Part shown: in pieces, positions 37,284 through 45,887 of the stretch
Layout of the letters: each line of letters opens with the position of its first letter
Numbering within the stretch: the stretch's first letter is position 1
Assembly (NCBI GenBank): GCA_964194625.1
Contig: CAXMNC010000230.1
Location: 3,142-67,141 of the forward strand
Origin: Acidiferrobacterales bacterium
Lineage (GTDB): Bacteria > Pseudomonadota > Gammaproteobacteria > Acidiferrobacterales > SPGG2
Direction of reading: 5' to 3'
DNA: 64,000 bases
Translations under genes and position numbers: made by a program
Notes under the pieces: generated by a model
What the model saw: only the letters and a program-made list of their open reading frames with translations
Told to the model about the DNA's origin: nothing
The model's database searches: none

Positions 37284-37694
37284 TTGACGATTAAGGAGAT
37301 CGAACGTGCCGGCCAACCAATAATCATTACTCAAGAAGGGGTTTCGGCGGTAAAGGAAGCGATTCGATACCTACGTGCGGCCAGTTCCTTGCCTTTACTT
37401 AAGATCTCGATCGGCATGTCGTTGGCTGCCGAAGACCATGTCAAAGAACTCGGTCCAGCCGGAACATTGGGGCACCGAGGCCTCACCGGCAGTTGCCCCC
37501 CAAATCGCGTAAATCGTTATGGGGCGTGGAAGGAGGCCATAGGAGAGGCCATTTACTATGGTCGAGACGATGCGCGGGACGTAGTCATGGCGCTAATCAT
37601 TGACGACGGTGTGCCTAGTCATGGCCACCGACACCACATCTTCGATCCCGCTTTTCGCATTGTGGGCGTCGCTTGTGGTCCCCACGCTATCTAG
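37284..37694 (+). CDS. CAP/SCP domain protein (YkwD-like), no signal peptide seen
   Basis: LAAEDHVKELGPAGTLGHRG ... GEAIYYG ... GHRHHIF motifs. It has a TTG start and no export signal, so it may be N-terminally truncated. Confidence 0.55.
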   Translation: MTIKEIERAGQPIIITQEGVSAVKEAIRYLRAASSLPLLKISIGMSLAAEDHVKELGPAGTLGHRGLTGSCPPNRVNRYGAWKEAIGEAIYYGRDDARDVVMALIIDDGVPSHGHRHHIFDPAFRIVGVACGPHAI

Positions 37695-37958
37695 AATCAA
37701 TGTCTGTGTACCTTCGCGGGCGGCTATATAGAGCGCCCCCAGGGGCAGTAAGTGCTTAAACCGCGCTCGTCTGGGTATCGGGGGAGCGCTAGGCTTGGCT
37801 GCTCAAAAAGTGGCATAGGCAACGTTTTTCGGTTTCAATCTAACTTGGCCCATCCTTTAAGTATTTGTTGTTTAACGATTTTCCCTATACCCCCGTACTC
37901 TGTGGCATGCGAATTGCAATCATAATGCCAAGACACTAACCGAAAGGGTGCCTTAGCC

Positions 37959-38768
37959 ATGAAAAACGTCCTCAGGCGGGACGAAACCAGGATGGACCAA
38001 CCCTCCACCGCCGTCGATGATCTGTACAGCGACGATTCGCCACCCACGTTTATTACCCCGCTGCCCGACAAGGCGAAAACGGGAGAAACAGCCGTGCCTA
38101 CGAGCCGGCGGCTATGGGCGCTGTTCGACAGGATGCGTAATCGCGAGCACGACCCTTACCGGCATCTTCTGATGCTGCGATTCGTGCTTCTGAATCTAGC
38201 GGCCTTTGCGCTCTTAGGTGTTGCTTATGTTCATGGTTTTGTCGATATGGTCGTCGCCGCCGATCGAACATACTTGTCTGTGGTCATTGGCCTCGTGTTC
38301 TTGGTCGGCCTTGGACTTTGCGGGCGCAAGGTCTGGCAAACGAGCCGAGAGCTCGATCGGGTGCGGAAACCCGATGCGTTTGCTCGATCTAGCGAGCTAG
38401 AGCGGTTGCGATCACGCGACCCAGAGGGCCGCGGAAATCTCATCAGCGTCTTGCGCTTGACGCTTTCCCACCGCATTTCCATCGTGCGCCACATCGCCAA
38501 CACTCTGGTACTGCTCGGACTTATCGGTACCGTGCTTGGCTTTATCATCGCACTGTCTGGTGTCGATGCAGAGCGTGCCTCAGACATCGATGCGATCACG
38601 CCGATGATCTCTACTTTGATAAGTGGCATGTCGACGGCGCTTTACACAACGTTGGTGGGCGCCATCCTGAACGTATGGCTCATGGCCAACCATCAGATGT
38701 TGACAAGCGGTACGGTTAAACTTATGGCTTTGCTAATGGAGTCGGCGGAGACGCATGCGCGAGATTGA
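37959..38768 (+). CDS. MotA/TolQ/ExbB-like proton-channel family protein
   Basis: TM helices plus the channel signature LVLLGLIGTVLGFIIAL ... ISGMSTALYTTLVGAILNVWL; 269 aa. Confidence 0.75.
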   Translation: MKNVLRRDETRMDQPSTAVDDLYSDDSPPTFITPLPDKAKTGETAVPTSRRLWALFDRMRNREHDPYRHLLMLRFVLLNLAAFALLGVAYVHGFVDMVVAADRTYLSVVIGLVFLVGLGLCGRKVWQTSRELDRVRKPDAFARSSELERLRSRDPEGRGNLISVLRLTLSHRISIVRHIANTLVLLGLIGTVLGFIIALSGVDAERASDIDAITPMISTLISGMSTALYTTLVGAILNVWLMANHQMLTSGTVKLMALLMESAETHARD

Positions 38769-39360
38769 TTTCTTTGATGACGAGAGCGGCGCTACCGTAT
38801 TTCGCGATGTCATCATGTTAGCCCTGGCTGGATTTGTCATGCTGGTGCTGCTGTTACTACCTCATCTAAATCCTCGAGCGACCCCACAAGATCCGACCCC
38901 TAGGCCGGGCAACGTAATGGTCGAACTTCGTTGGCCGGATGAGTTGAATGTCGACGTTGACCTCTGGGTGCAAGCGCCGGGAGATGTACCGGTCGGTTAT
39001 TCAAATCAAGGTAGCGCTATCTTTAATCTGTTGCGCGATGACCTCGGTCACATTAACGACGCCACCGACCTCAATTATGAATTTTCGTACAGTCGTGGTG
39101 TGCCGGCGGGAGAATATACGGTCAATCTTCATCTCTACAGAAATCTGGCGAACGTCTACCCAATTCCGGCGGTCGTTGCGGTAAGCGTGAAGAATTCACC
39201 GAATTTGCCCGCTCAACAAATTCTGTCGACCAAACTTAATCTGTCGCATGAAGATGAAGAACTCACGGCCTTTCGATTCAAGCTTGATGAAGAAGGGCGT
39301 CTACTAAGTGGTAGTGTCCACAATCTGCCGCGGCCGTTGCGGGCATCAACTAGGCGATGA
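38755..39360 (+). CDS. single-pass membrane protein, ExbD/TolR/MotB-like TM with Asp plus periplasmic beta-rich domain
   Basis: Overlaps the upstream gene by 14 nt. TM is FRDVIMLALAGFVMLVLLLL with Asp at the cytoplasmic edge. The periplasmic block VELRWPDELNVDVDLWVQAPGD...GEYTVNLHLY resembles the DUF2135-type sandwich from memory. Confidence 0.6.
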   Translation: MREIDFFDDESGATVFRDVIMLALAGFVMLVLLLLPHLNPRATPQDPTPRPGNVMVELRWPDELNVDVDLWVQAPGDVPVGYSNQGSAIFNLLRDDLGHINDATDLNYEFSYSRGVPAGEYTVNLHLYRNLANVYPIPAVVAVSVKNSPNLPAQQILSTKLNLSHEDEELTAFRFKLDEEGRLLSGSVHNLPRPLRASTRR

Positions 39361-39860
39361 ATTACGTCTTCTATCTATTCGTCATGTCGGTGGGACTGAT
39401 AACAGCGCTTGCTGCGATCAGCATCTGGTCCCCACGCGCACTCTGGGTGAAAGTCGGCGCACTGACGCTAGTTACGCTGTTTTTGCCTGCTGCTTATGTC
39501 AGTTTGGTAGAGTTGTTGAGTCGTCCTAAGCCGATCGCCCTTGAATGGGGGAATCGTGATCTATCGAAGGCGGTGGTGTTACATGCTGACTGGCGGGAAG
39601 GTGAGAGCATCTATCTGTGGCTCAGGGTTCCCGGGATTGATGATCCACGAGCGTACGTGCTTCCTTGGAATCAAAAACAGGCTGAACAGCTCTTTGCCGC
39701 TCAGCGGGAGGCGGAATCACGACGGACCGAAGTGCATGTCGAACGTCCCTTTGGTCGTGACCAGGAGGAGAGTCAGCAACTAGTGTTTTATGCTGTGCCG
39801 CAGCCAGCTCCACCACCCAAAGTGACACCGGCCAACAACACGTTTTTCTATCAGCCGTGA
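39357..39860 (+). CDS. two-TM membrane protein, hypothetical
   Basis: ATGA start/stop overlap with the upstream gene. Two N-terminal helices precede a soluble domain of about 100 aa. No family recognised. Confidence 0.55.
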   Translation: MNYVFYLFVMSVGLITALAAISIWSPRALWVKVGALTLVTLFLPAAYVSLVELLSRPKPIALEWGNRDLSKAVVLHADWREGESIYLWLRVPGIDDPRAYVLPWNQKQAEQLFAAQREAESRRTEVHVERPFGRDQEESQQLVFYAVPQPAPPPKVTPANNTFFYQP

Positions 39861-39897
39861 TGTCGCCGGGCTGAACAGCTGACAAAGTAAGTTAGGA

Positions 39898-40068
39898 TTA
39901 GATGTGCGTCAGCGACTTGACCGGGTTTTCTGGAACCAAAGATTTACCGGAGGCATCTCGGTAGTGCGTACTAAAGAAGTTGTACATAGCCCGCAGGCAA
40001 CGCATGGCGCGGTTAGCGTAGGCATTACCGTGTTCCTGCCAGAGTTCCTGGTGGCGTTCAGTGATCAT
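39898..40068 (-). pseudogene. tyrosine integrase remnant (N-terminal SAM-like region only)
   Basis: 56-codon minus-strand ORF: MITERHQELWQEHGNAYANRAMRCLRAMYNFFSTHYRDASGKSLVPENPVKSLTHI. This matches the ANxAMRxLRAxFNFA...ENPVKxL block of integrase core-binding domains. There are stops on both sides and no catalytic domain. The plus-strand ORF 39904-40098 is its antisense shadow. Confidence 0.6.
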
Positions 40069-40268
40069 ACAATTCGCAGATTACTTCTAGGCTGGTAGCG
40101 TAACGACATGCAGTGGTGGATGATCCTTGCGATCGAATTCCCGCTGTTGGGTATAGGTGGGATTCTTACCGATATTCGACTCTCCAAGAGAAGCGGGAGG
40201 ATGTTGACCGAGTGCCCCCATGATACCGAAGTACAGGCTACGAAAAACCTAAGTGGCAAAGGCTGAGG

Positions 40269-40886
40269 ATGCGCAAGCCTGGATCCATGCGCGGGCTAGA
40301 AGAACTCGGTCGTGTGCGACTTAGCCCGAATTTTTACATGCGTGATTTTCTCTATTCTGAAATCGCCAACTTCTACACTATCCCCAACATTCCAGAGTAT
40401 CCCAATCTCGCCATTGCTACGGGAACACAACTGTGTGAGGAGTTACTTGAGCCATTACAGGCAACCTTTGGGCGTATTGCGGTTCGTTCTGGCTATCGTG
40501 CGGCGGCGGTGACTGAGTTCGGCAACAAGCGCGGGCAGGGCGCGAGCATTGAGGCCAATGCCGCTTATCACGTTTGGGATCTACGAGATTCCGAGGGGTG
40601 CCTAGGCGCAGCCGCCTGTATCGTGATTCCTTGGTTCGCAGATCGCTACGAGCAGGGGGCTGACTGGCGTGAACTCGCCTGGTGGATTCATGACCACATA
40701 CCTTATTCGCACCTTCAATTCTTCCCGAAGCTTTGTGCCTTCAACATTCAATGGTATGAGCGGCCGACGCGCAGAATCGACAGTTTCATTGCACCCAAAG
40801 GTTGTCTCACTAAGCCCGGTATGCCAAATCATGAAGGCAGTCATTCAAAGTGGTACCGGGATTTCCCAACCCTCTCTAAGACCTAG
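40269..40886 (+). CDS. hypothetical protein, peptidase M15A-like (weak)
   Basis: LSPNFYMRDFLYSE ... IAVRSGYR ... AYHVWD loosely resembles the LAS/M15 zinc-peptidase layout. This is a low-confidence family call. Confidence 0.45.
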   Translation: MRKPGSMRGLEELGRVRLSPNFYMRDFLYSEIANFYTIPNIPEYPNLAIATGTQLCEELLEPLQATFGRIAVRSGYRAAAVTEFGNKRGQGASIEANAAYHVWDLRDSEGCLGAAACIVIPWFADRYEQGADWRELAWWIHDHIPYSHLQFFPKLCAFNIQWYERPTRRIDSFIAPKGCLTKPGMPNHEGSHSKWYRDFPTLSKT

Positions 40887-41024
40887 ACGCTCACATTCCG
40901 AATTCACCGTGTTAATCTGGCAGCGCGGATGAACCATGGGTCTTGCCGGCATCTTCATTCGGTTTCGAAACTATCAAGACCATGTCGGTCTCTCATATCT
41001 ACTTCTTGTCTGACTGATTTCCTA

Positions 41025-41747
41025 TTAAGCGAAGAATGCCCTTTCTAGCGCCTCTACATCGACACCGAGAAGTTTTTTGATGGCTCGATGGCCTATGTCG
41101 GTTACATGGATATTTCGACTATTCGATTGTTTGCGAAGCCAGCGCTGTTTTACGAACGCGTCTGTCATGGCCTGACCAAGGCTGCCGCCAAGATGTGGTT
41201 TGCGTTCGCTCCAGTCGAGGCACTGGCGCGCGAGCAAGCGTCGACGTTTACGAAACTTGACAAGGTCAATACCGAGATCTTTAAAGAACTGCTCACCGGT
41301 AGCAGGGACTAGAAAATCATCTTCACCACTCAGTTTGATTACATCATGTGCTTGTAGTGCTTCTGTAACCGCGATACCCAAGCAACCTGCCAGGTGGTTG
41401 TAGCAAGTTCGAGCGAAACAGACATCGTTTCTTCGTTTGGCGGCGGGCTTGGCGTTTGTATTGGGTGCAATACGGGCGAGTGCTTCGATTGCATCAGCGA
41501 TATCGGGCGATGCGAGACGATAAAAACGATGTCGGCCCTGCGGCAGGATATTGAGCAAGCCGGCACCGTCGAGTTTGCTCAGGTGAAAACTAGCCGTTTG
41601 TGGCGTCACGCCTGCCCCATGAGCGAGCTCTCTTGCGGTGAGCGCGCGGCCGTCTAGGAGGGCGGCCACGATCGCGGCCCGTGTCTCATCTCCGAGCAAG
41701 GTGCCAATAATGGCGATATCTTGGGCTGCTGGCATGAACATCAGCAT
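41025..41747 (-). CDS. ArsR-family winged-HTH transcriptional regulator with C-terminal extension
   Basis: LGDETRAAIVAALLDGRALTARELAHGAGVTPQTASFHLSKLDGAGLL; 240 aa. Confidence 0.8.
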   Translation of the reverse strand: MLMFMPAAQDIAIIGTLLGDETRAAIVAALLDGRALTARELAHGAGVTPQTASFHLSKLDGAGLLNILPQGRHRFYRLASPDIADAIEALARIAPNTNAKPAAKRRNDVCFARTCYNHLAGCLGIAVTEALQAHDVIKLSGEDDFLVPATGEQFFKDLGIDLVKFRKRRRLLARQCLDWSERKPHLGGSLGQAMTDAFVKQRWLRKQSNSRNIHVTDIGHRAIKKLLGVDVEALERAFFA

Positions 41748-41779
41748 CGATCTGTTATCATAGTTCGATGCTAATCGAT

Positions 41780-43033
41780 CTATTTCTGTATATCAACTGG
41801 TGGACATGTCAGGGGTGCACGTAGGCTTCGGGCGAGGTTGCCACGTCGAGTAAGCGCGACATGCTTCAAGCCCAGCCAAGCGGTGAGCCTATATAGTTCT
41901 TGTGCGAGCGCCTGCGCTACGCGTGCCCCGTCAATCCCAACTTCGCCGTGGGCGGCTAGAACGCATAGCGTTCGGCTTAATCGATCGACCTTAAGATCCA
42001 CACGTGCTACGAGCCGTTCATTAAGGAGAAACGGCAAGACATAATAGCCGTGTTTGCGTTTTTCGGCCGGCGTATAGATTTCAAGCCGATAGCGAAAGTC
42101 GAATAGCCTTTCTGTGCGTGAACGTTCCCATATTAATGGGTCAAAGGGAGACAGGAGTGCCGACCCAAACACCCGACGCGGTATCCGGGCACGCGGATCA
42201 AGGTACGTGCACCCACGCCAACCATCCACTTGTACCGATAAGAGATCTCCATTTTCCACAAGCTCAGCAATGCGCTGTTTGGTGTTGATAGTGGGCAGGC
42301 GAAAGTAGTCACGTAGATCCGCCTCAGTTGCAACGCCGAGGGCGCGGGCGGCGAGTCGCACCAATTTGCGTTGAGCTTCCGATTCAGTCGGTGTGGGTAA
42401 TGCAATGATGTCGGCCGGTAACACCCGTTCAGTCAGGTCGTAAACTCGCTCGAAACGGCGACGGGTATGAGCGGTGATCTGGCCAGACCAAAACAAGTAC
42501 TCGAGTGCAGTCTTGCCATCGCCCCACCTCCACGAACCACCTAGTCGGCCTCGATTGCTGAGTTCCCGGGCACTCAATGGGCCCCGTTCTCGAATTTCAT
42601 CCAAAACCGAATCGACATAACGACGCTGACCACGCACCGCCCTCACCACATGGGCATAGACACCTTTGAGTTGTTTAGCTTGCGCCATCCGCCAACGCAA
42701 CAGCGGATGTAGCGCAAGCGGTAGCAAAGAGGCCTCGTGGCCCCAGTACTCGAAAAGCTCACGCCGATGCGGATCGAACGCCTTGGTATCGAATGTCGCG
42801 ATATTGTAAGCACCCACGCGTGAGAAAGCGGGCAGGTAGTGCGACCGCACCAGCACGTTAATGGAGTCGATCTGGAGTAGGCCCATTTGCTCAATCGCTT
42901 TTCGAACTCGCGGCCAGGTGGCTCGAGTCTGCGAGCGAGGCTTGCCGAAGCCCTGTGCGGCGAGGGTGATGCGGCGCGCTTCAGCCAAACTGATGTGATT
43001 TTCCGCCAACTCTCCTTCCTCGAATTGACCCAC
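41780..43033 (-). CDS. winged-helix DNA glycosylase, YcaQ/AlkZ-like family
   Basis: ISLAEARRITLAAQGF N-terminus, LLQIDSINV (the Q-phi-D motif recalled for the YcaQ branch), and EYWGHEASLLP; 417 aa. Confidence 0.75.
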   Translation of the reverse strand: MGQFEEGELAENHISLAEARRITLAAQGFGKPRSQTRATWPRVRKAIEQMGLLQIDSINVLVRSHYLPAFSRVGAYNIATFDTKAFDPHRRELFEYWGHEASLLPLALHPLLRWRMAQAKQLKGVYAHVVRAVRGQRRYVDSVLDEIRERGPLSARELSNRGRLGGSWRWGDGKTALEYLFWSGQITAHTRRRFERVYDLTERVLPADIIALPTPTESEAQRKLVRLAARALGVATEADLRDYFRLPTINTKQRIAELVENGDLLSVQVDGWRGCTYLDPRARIPRRVFGSALLSPFDPLIWERSRTERLFDFRYRLEIYTPAEKRKHGYYVLPFLLNERLVARVDLKVDRLSRTLCVLAAHGEVGIDGARVAQALAQELYRLTAWLGLKHVALTRRGNLARSLRAPLTCPPVDIQK

Positions 43034-43291
43034 AAGTTTACGGCTTTTTCCTTATTACTGCCGACCGCGTAATGCTCGGGACGATAAACTCCGAAACAGC
43101 ACTGCTGCATAGCCCAACAACACAGTGGGCATGGTTTCCGGCGCCAGCCTGCGAGACCAGCGATCACCCATATGCTAGCCAGGTCGGTTAGATTTGGTCT
43201 TTGTCATCAGGATGTTGGGTTAGTACGCCAGGCGGGTAGGTGGCTTGGTGCGAGGGTCAGGTCTTACCTAGCACCCATGCCCGAAATGTGG

Positions 43292-43430
43292 TATATTTTA
43301 GTGGACTGCACGAGCGCAGTTTATGAATGTAGGTCTTTTCGGAAAATCCCTCCAAGGTTCGCCCGTAATCTCCCTTTTGTAATCTGCACGTAAGGTCATT
43401 TCCATTAATTTATTTGAGGATCATTAAGTT
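43292..43430 (+). promoter_or_regulatory. csp promoter (TGgTATATT) and long conserved 5' leader, copy 2
   Basis: Extended -10 TGGTATATT at 43289-43297. The leader is paralogous to 36446-36576. Confidence 0.5.
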
Positions 43431-43637
43431 ATGCGTACGGGAACTGTAAAGTGGTTCAGTGAATCCAAAGGATATGGTTTTATCACGCCGGAGGATGGCG
43501 GCAAGGACGTTTTTGTCCACCACTCCGCAATTACAGGCACGGGTTTTAAGTCCCTGGTTGAGGGGCAACGTGTTAGCTTTGATGTCAAAGATGGACCGAA
43601 GGGTTTACAAGCGGTCGACGTGGCTGCCAGCGGCTAA
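43431..43637 (+). CDS. cold-shock protein (CspA family), copy 2
   Basis: [31 protein letters not shown]. The first roughly 140 nt are nearly identical to copy 1 and the 3' third has diverged. Confidence 0.95.
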   Translation: MRTGTVKWFSESKGYGFITPEDGGKDVFVHHSAITGTGFKSLVEGQRVSFDVKDGPKGLQAVDVAASG

Positions 43638-43663
43638 CGTTCAGCGCCAGGAGATTTGACATG

Positions 43664-43695
43664 GAAACCCCGCCAACCGGCGGGGTTTCTTTTTT
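43664..43695 (+). terminator. rho-independent terminator after csp copy 2
   Basis: Perfect 11-bp stem GAAACCCCGCC / GGCGGGGTTTC with a 4-nt loop, followed by a T-run. Confidence 0.85.
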
Positions 43696-43707
43696 CGCCA
43701 CCGTAAA

Positions 43708-44652
43708 TCAAACACTACCAGAGCTTACTTTGAGTGACTGAACCCTAAGTTCGGTGTTGATTAGCCACTTGCGTATACGATTGGAGTCACCAAACTTACT
43801 TAGTTTGCCCCACGAGTTGAGGAGGATGATAATGAGGGGTCGGTTAGCGATTGTGGTACGCATGAGCAAGCAGTTACCGGCGGCAGCGGTGTATCCAGTC
43901 TTACTCAGCTCGATATCCCATGAACCTCGATGCACGAGACGGTTTGTGTTTCGAAAGCCGATCAGCTTGTTATCCTCCCAATTGGTAGCGATTACTTTTC
44001 GGCTGGTCGTTAAAACTCGAAGCAACCAGTAATCACGGGCAGCGGCAATAAGTTTCGCGAGATCGCTTGCGGTGGACACGTTTCCACTGTGCAAGCCAGT
44101 GGGGTCAGCGAACCGGCTGTTAGTCATCCCTAGTTCTCGAGCTTTCGCGTTCATCGCCGCAATCATTTCATCGCGACCACCTGGGTAGGTGCGGGCGAGG
44201 GCTGCCGCAGCCCGATTGTCGGAAGCAGCCAGGGCCACATGTAGCATGTCGAGACGAGTCAGAACAGTTCCGTAGTGTAGGCGTGATTTGGTGCCTCTTA
44301 GGCGATCTCGATCCGCCTGTGTAATCCCTATCTTTTCAGCCAAGGACAGATCGGCGTCGAGTATCACAAGGGCGGTCATAAGTTTAGTGAGCGAGGCGAT
44401 AGGTCGGGGTTCGTCCGCATTGCGTTTATGAAGCGTTACGCCCTCACGCTCATCTATAATCAACGCCACCGAAGAACGTAGAAAGAGCTTGTTTGGATTG
44501 CCATGGCGTGCGATTAGCGCCGCGGGCACTATCTGCGTGGGTTGTTGGACTGGGCTGGCGGTGGGTTTTTGTGCGAAGGCCGGTATCTGAGTAAGCGTGA
44601 TGGCGATGACAACAACATTTGTGATTTCCTTGACCGCAACTGGCATGCCCAT
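43708..44652 (-). CDS. pbpG: D-alanyl-D-alanine endopeptidase (PBP7/PbpG-like, peptidase S11)
   Basis: AAGGAG sits 6 nt before ATG 44652. Signal peptide present. Motifs SxxK (ASLTK), SxN (SDN) and KTG (SKTGYT). Confidence 0.88.
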   Translation of the reverse strand: MGMPVAVKEITNVVVIAITLTQIPAFAQKPTASPVQQPTQIVPAALIARHGNPNKLFLRSSVALIIDEREGVTLHKRNADEPRPIASLTKLMTALVILDADLSLAEKIGITQADRDRLRGTKSRLHYGTVLTRLDMLHVALAASDNRAAAALARTYPGGRDEMIAAMNAKARELGMTNSRFADPTGLHSGNVSTASDLAKLIAAARDYWLLRVLTTSRKVIATNWEDNKLIGFRNTNRLVHRGSWDIELSKTGYTAAAGNCLLMRTTIANRPLIIILLNSWGKLSKFGDSNRIRKWLINTELRVQSLKVSSGSV

Positions 44653-45037
44653 GGATTGCTCCTTGTGGCGAATAGTAATAGCAGTGATCTGAATTATCAA
44701 AGTGGCTCGTTCACTTGAAGGCGGTCTGCTCGTAGGCCGGTATCGCTCCAGCTAGACGTACAAAGGCGACATAGGACGGGGTGATCCCTGACCTTGGTGC
44801 CGTGGGCTTCAGAGCGCCTACCCTATGGCAGCCAGGCTCGTCCCACCGATCATTAATCCTGGTACTGGCTTGGGCATGTCCAAGCTGCCCCGAAAGGGCT
44901 TAGGACGTAACCGTATGATTCTCAGTGTATTTCCCACTGTGTGCGAAAGCGGCCGCAGTTGTCGATCAAGTTCTTTCCCCGGTCGGCGATGGGACGTCTA
45001 TATTTATACGTATCAATAACGTTAGAGAAACGGAGCG

Positions 45038-45226
45038 ATGATGACGGAGAAATTGGCTGCGAAAGACAAGAAAAAAAAACGACAAGAGAGCGCGAGACGC
45101 GTAAAAACAGAGCGCCGCGATAAAGGACGCTGGGAACCTGAGGATGAGGACCGTCGGGAGGGGTTTGGTCGCCGCACACAGGACAAGGCCTGGGATCGTA
45201 TCAACTCCAAATTCGATAAACCGTAG
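45038..45226 (+). CDS. small Arg/Lys-rich protein, soluble paralog of the TM Arg-rich mini-proteins
   Basis: GGAG precedes ATGATG. The C-terminal half ERRDKGRWEPEDEDRREGFGRRTQDKAWDRINSKF aligns with the ORFs at 57802 and 61164. Confidence 0.45.
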   Translation: MMTEKLAAKDKKKKRQESARRVKTERRDKGRWEPEDEDRREGFGRRTQDKAWDRINSKFDKP

Positions 45227-45265
45227 CCTGCAAGAGCCTAGCGCGGTTGGCGGTGTAGGCGCCGA

Positions 45266-45743
45266 CTAGTCGTCGTTGTCTTGGAACTTGATACGCCAGT
45301 GCGAGCCATCGCAAAAGGGCTTGTTTTTCGACGCACCACATCGGCATAGCGTGTAATGCTCAGTGGAGGCGCCCTCGCCTCACGACACATCTTTCAAGTC
45401 GATCCCGCCTGTTACCTGGTAGGGGCCGTCCTTACACACGTAGATAGCGGGATCACGCTCTACATCGCGATGCTCGACAGATTCGATCGAATAGCTCAAC
45501 GCACCAGACGGGTATCGCCTAACCGCCTCAATAATTGTATCGACATCGGCGCCGTCCGGATTAATCCAGGGTTCTGCCCCCATACGCCACACCGAACTTG
45601 GGATCCGTTCACGCGCCGGCATGCGCACAGATGGCGCGATTGTCGTGAATCGCAATTTTCTTTCCGCTGTACGTAGTGCGCTTATCATTGTTGCTGTCCG
45701 ATAGATTCTTGCCCGAGACCCCATTATTAGCCAGGAACTCCAT
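45266..45743 (-). pseudogene. Fer4_19 / CDGSH iron-sulfur domain protein, decayed
   Basis: From ATG 45743: MEFLANN...KIAIHDNRAICAHAGA, then a frame change to ERIPSSVW..AEPWINPDGADVDTIIEAVRRYPSGALSY, then an in-frame TGA (45380-45382), then TLCRCGASKNKPFCDGSHW (CDGSH motif). An expected cluster Cys reads Tyr (RRYPSGAL). Confidence 0.7.
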
Positions 45744-45887
45744 CGCAAAACGGCTTGTTGTTTGAGCCACCGCAACGGCACAGGGCAATGGTTTCTTTGG
45801 TGTCCAACGCGGCCGATAGGCATCGCCCTAGCGCGTTTCAGCATCATTGCTATGCTTTCAATAATTCGGCTTCTACGACGATTTGTG

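Noticed and set aside
37820-37840. Sigma-54 promoter (TGGCAT-N-...) upstream of the MotA-like operon
   Set aside because: The -12 element is wrong: GT occupies the position where GC is required at the correct spacing.
45380-45382. In-frame TGA in the CDGSH gene as a selenocysteine codon
   Set aside because: The same gene also has a frameshift and a Cys-to-Tyr change. I see no convincing SECIS-like hairpin immediately downstream. The TGA does not replace a known redox Cys position.
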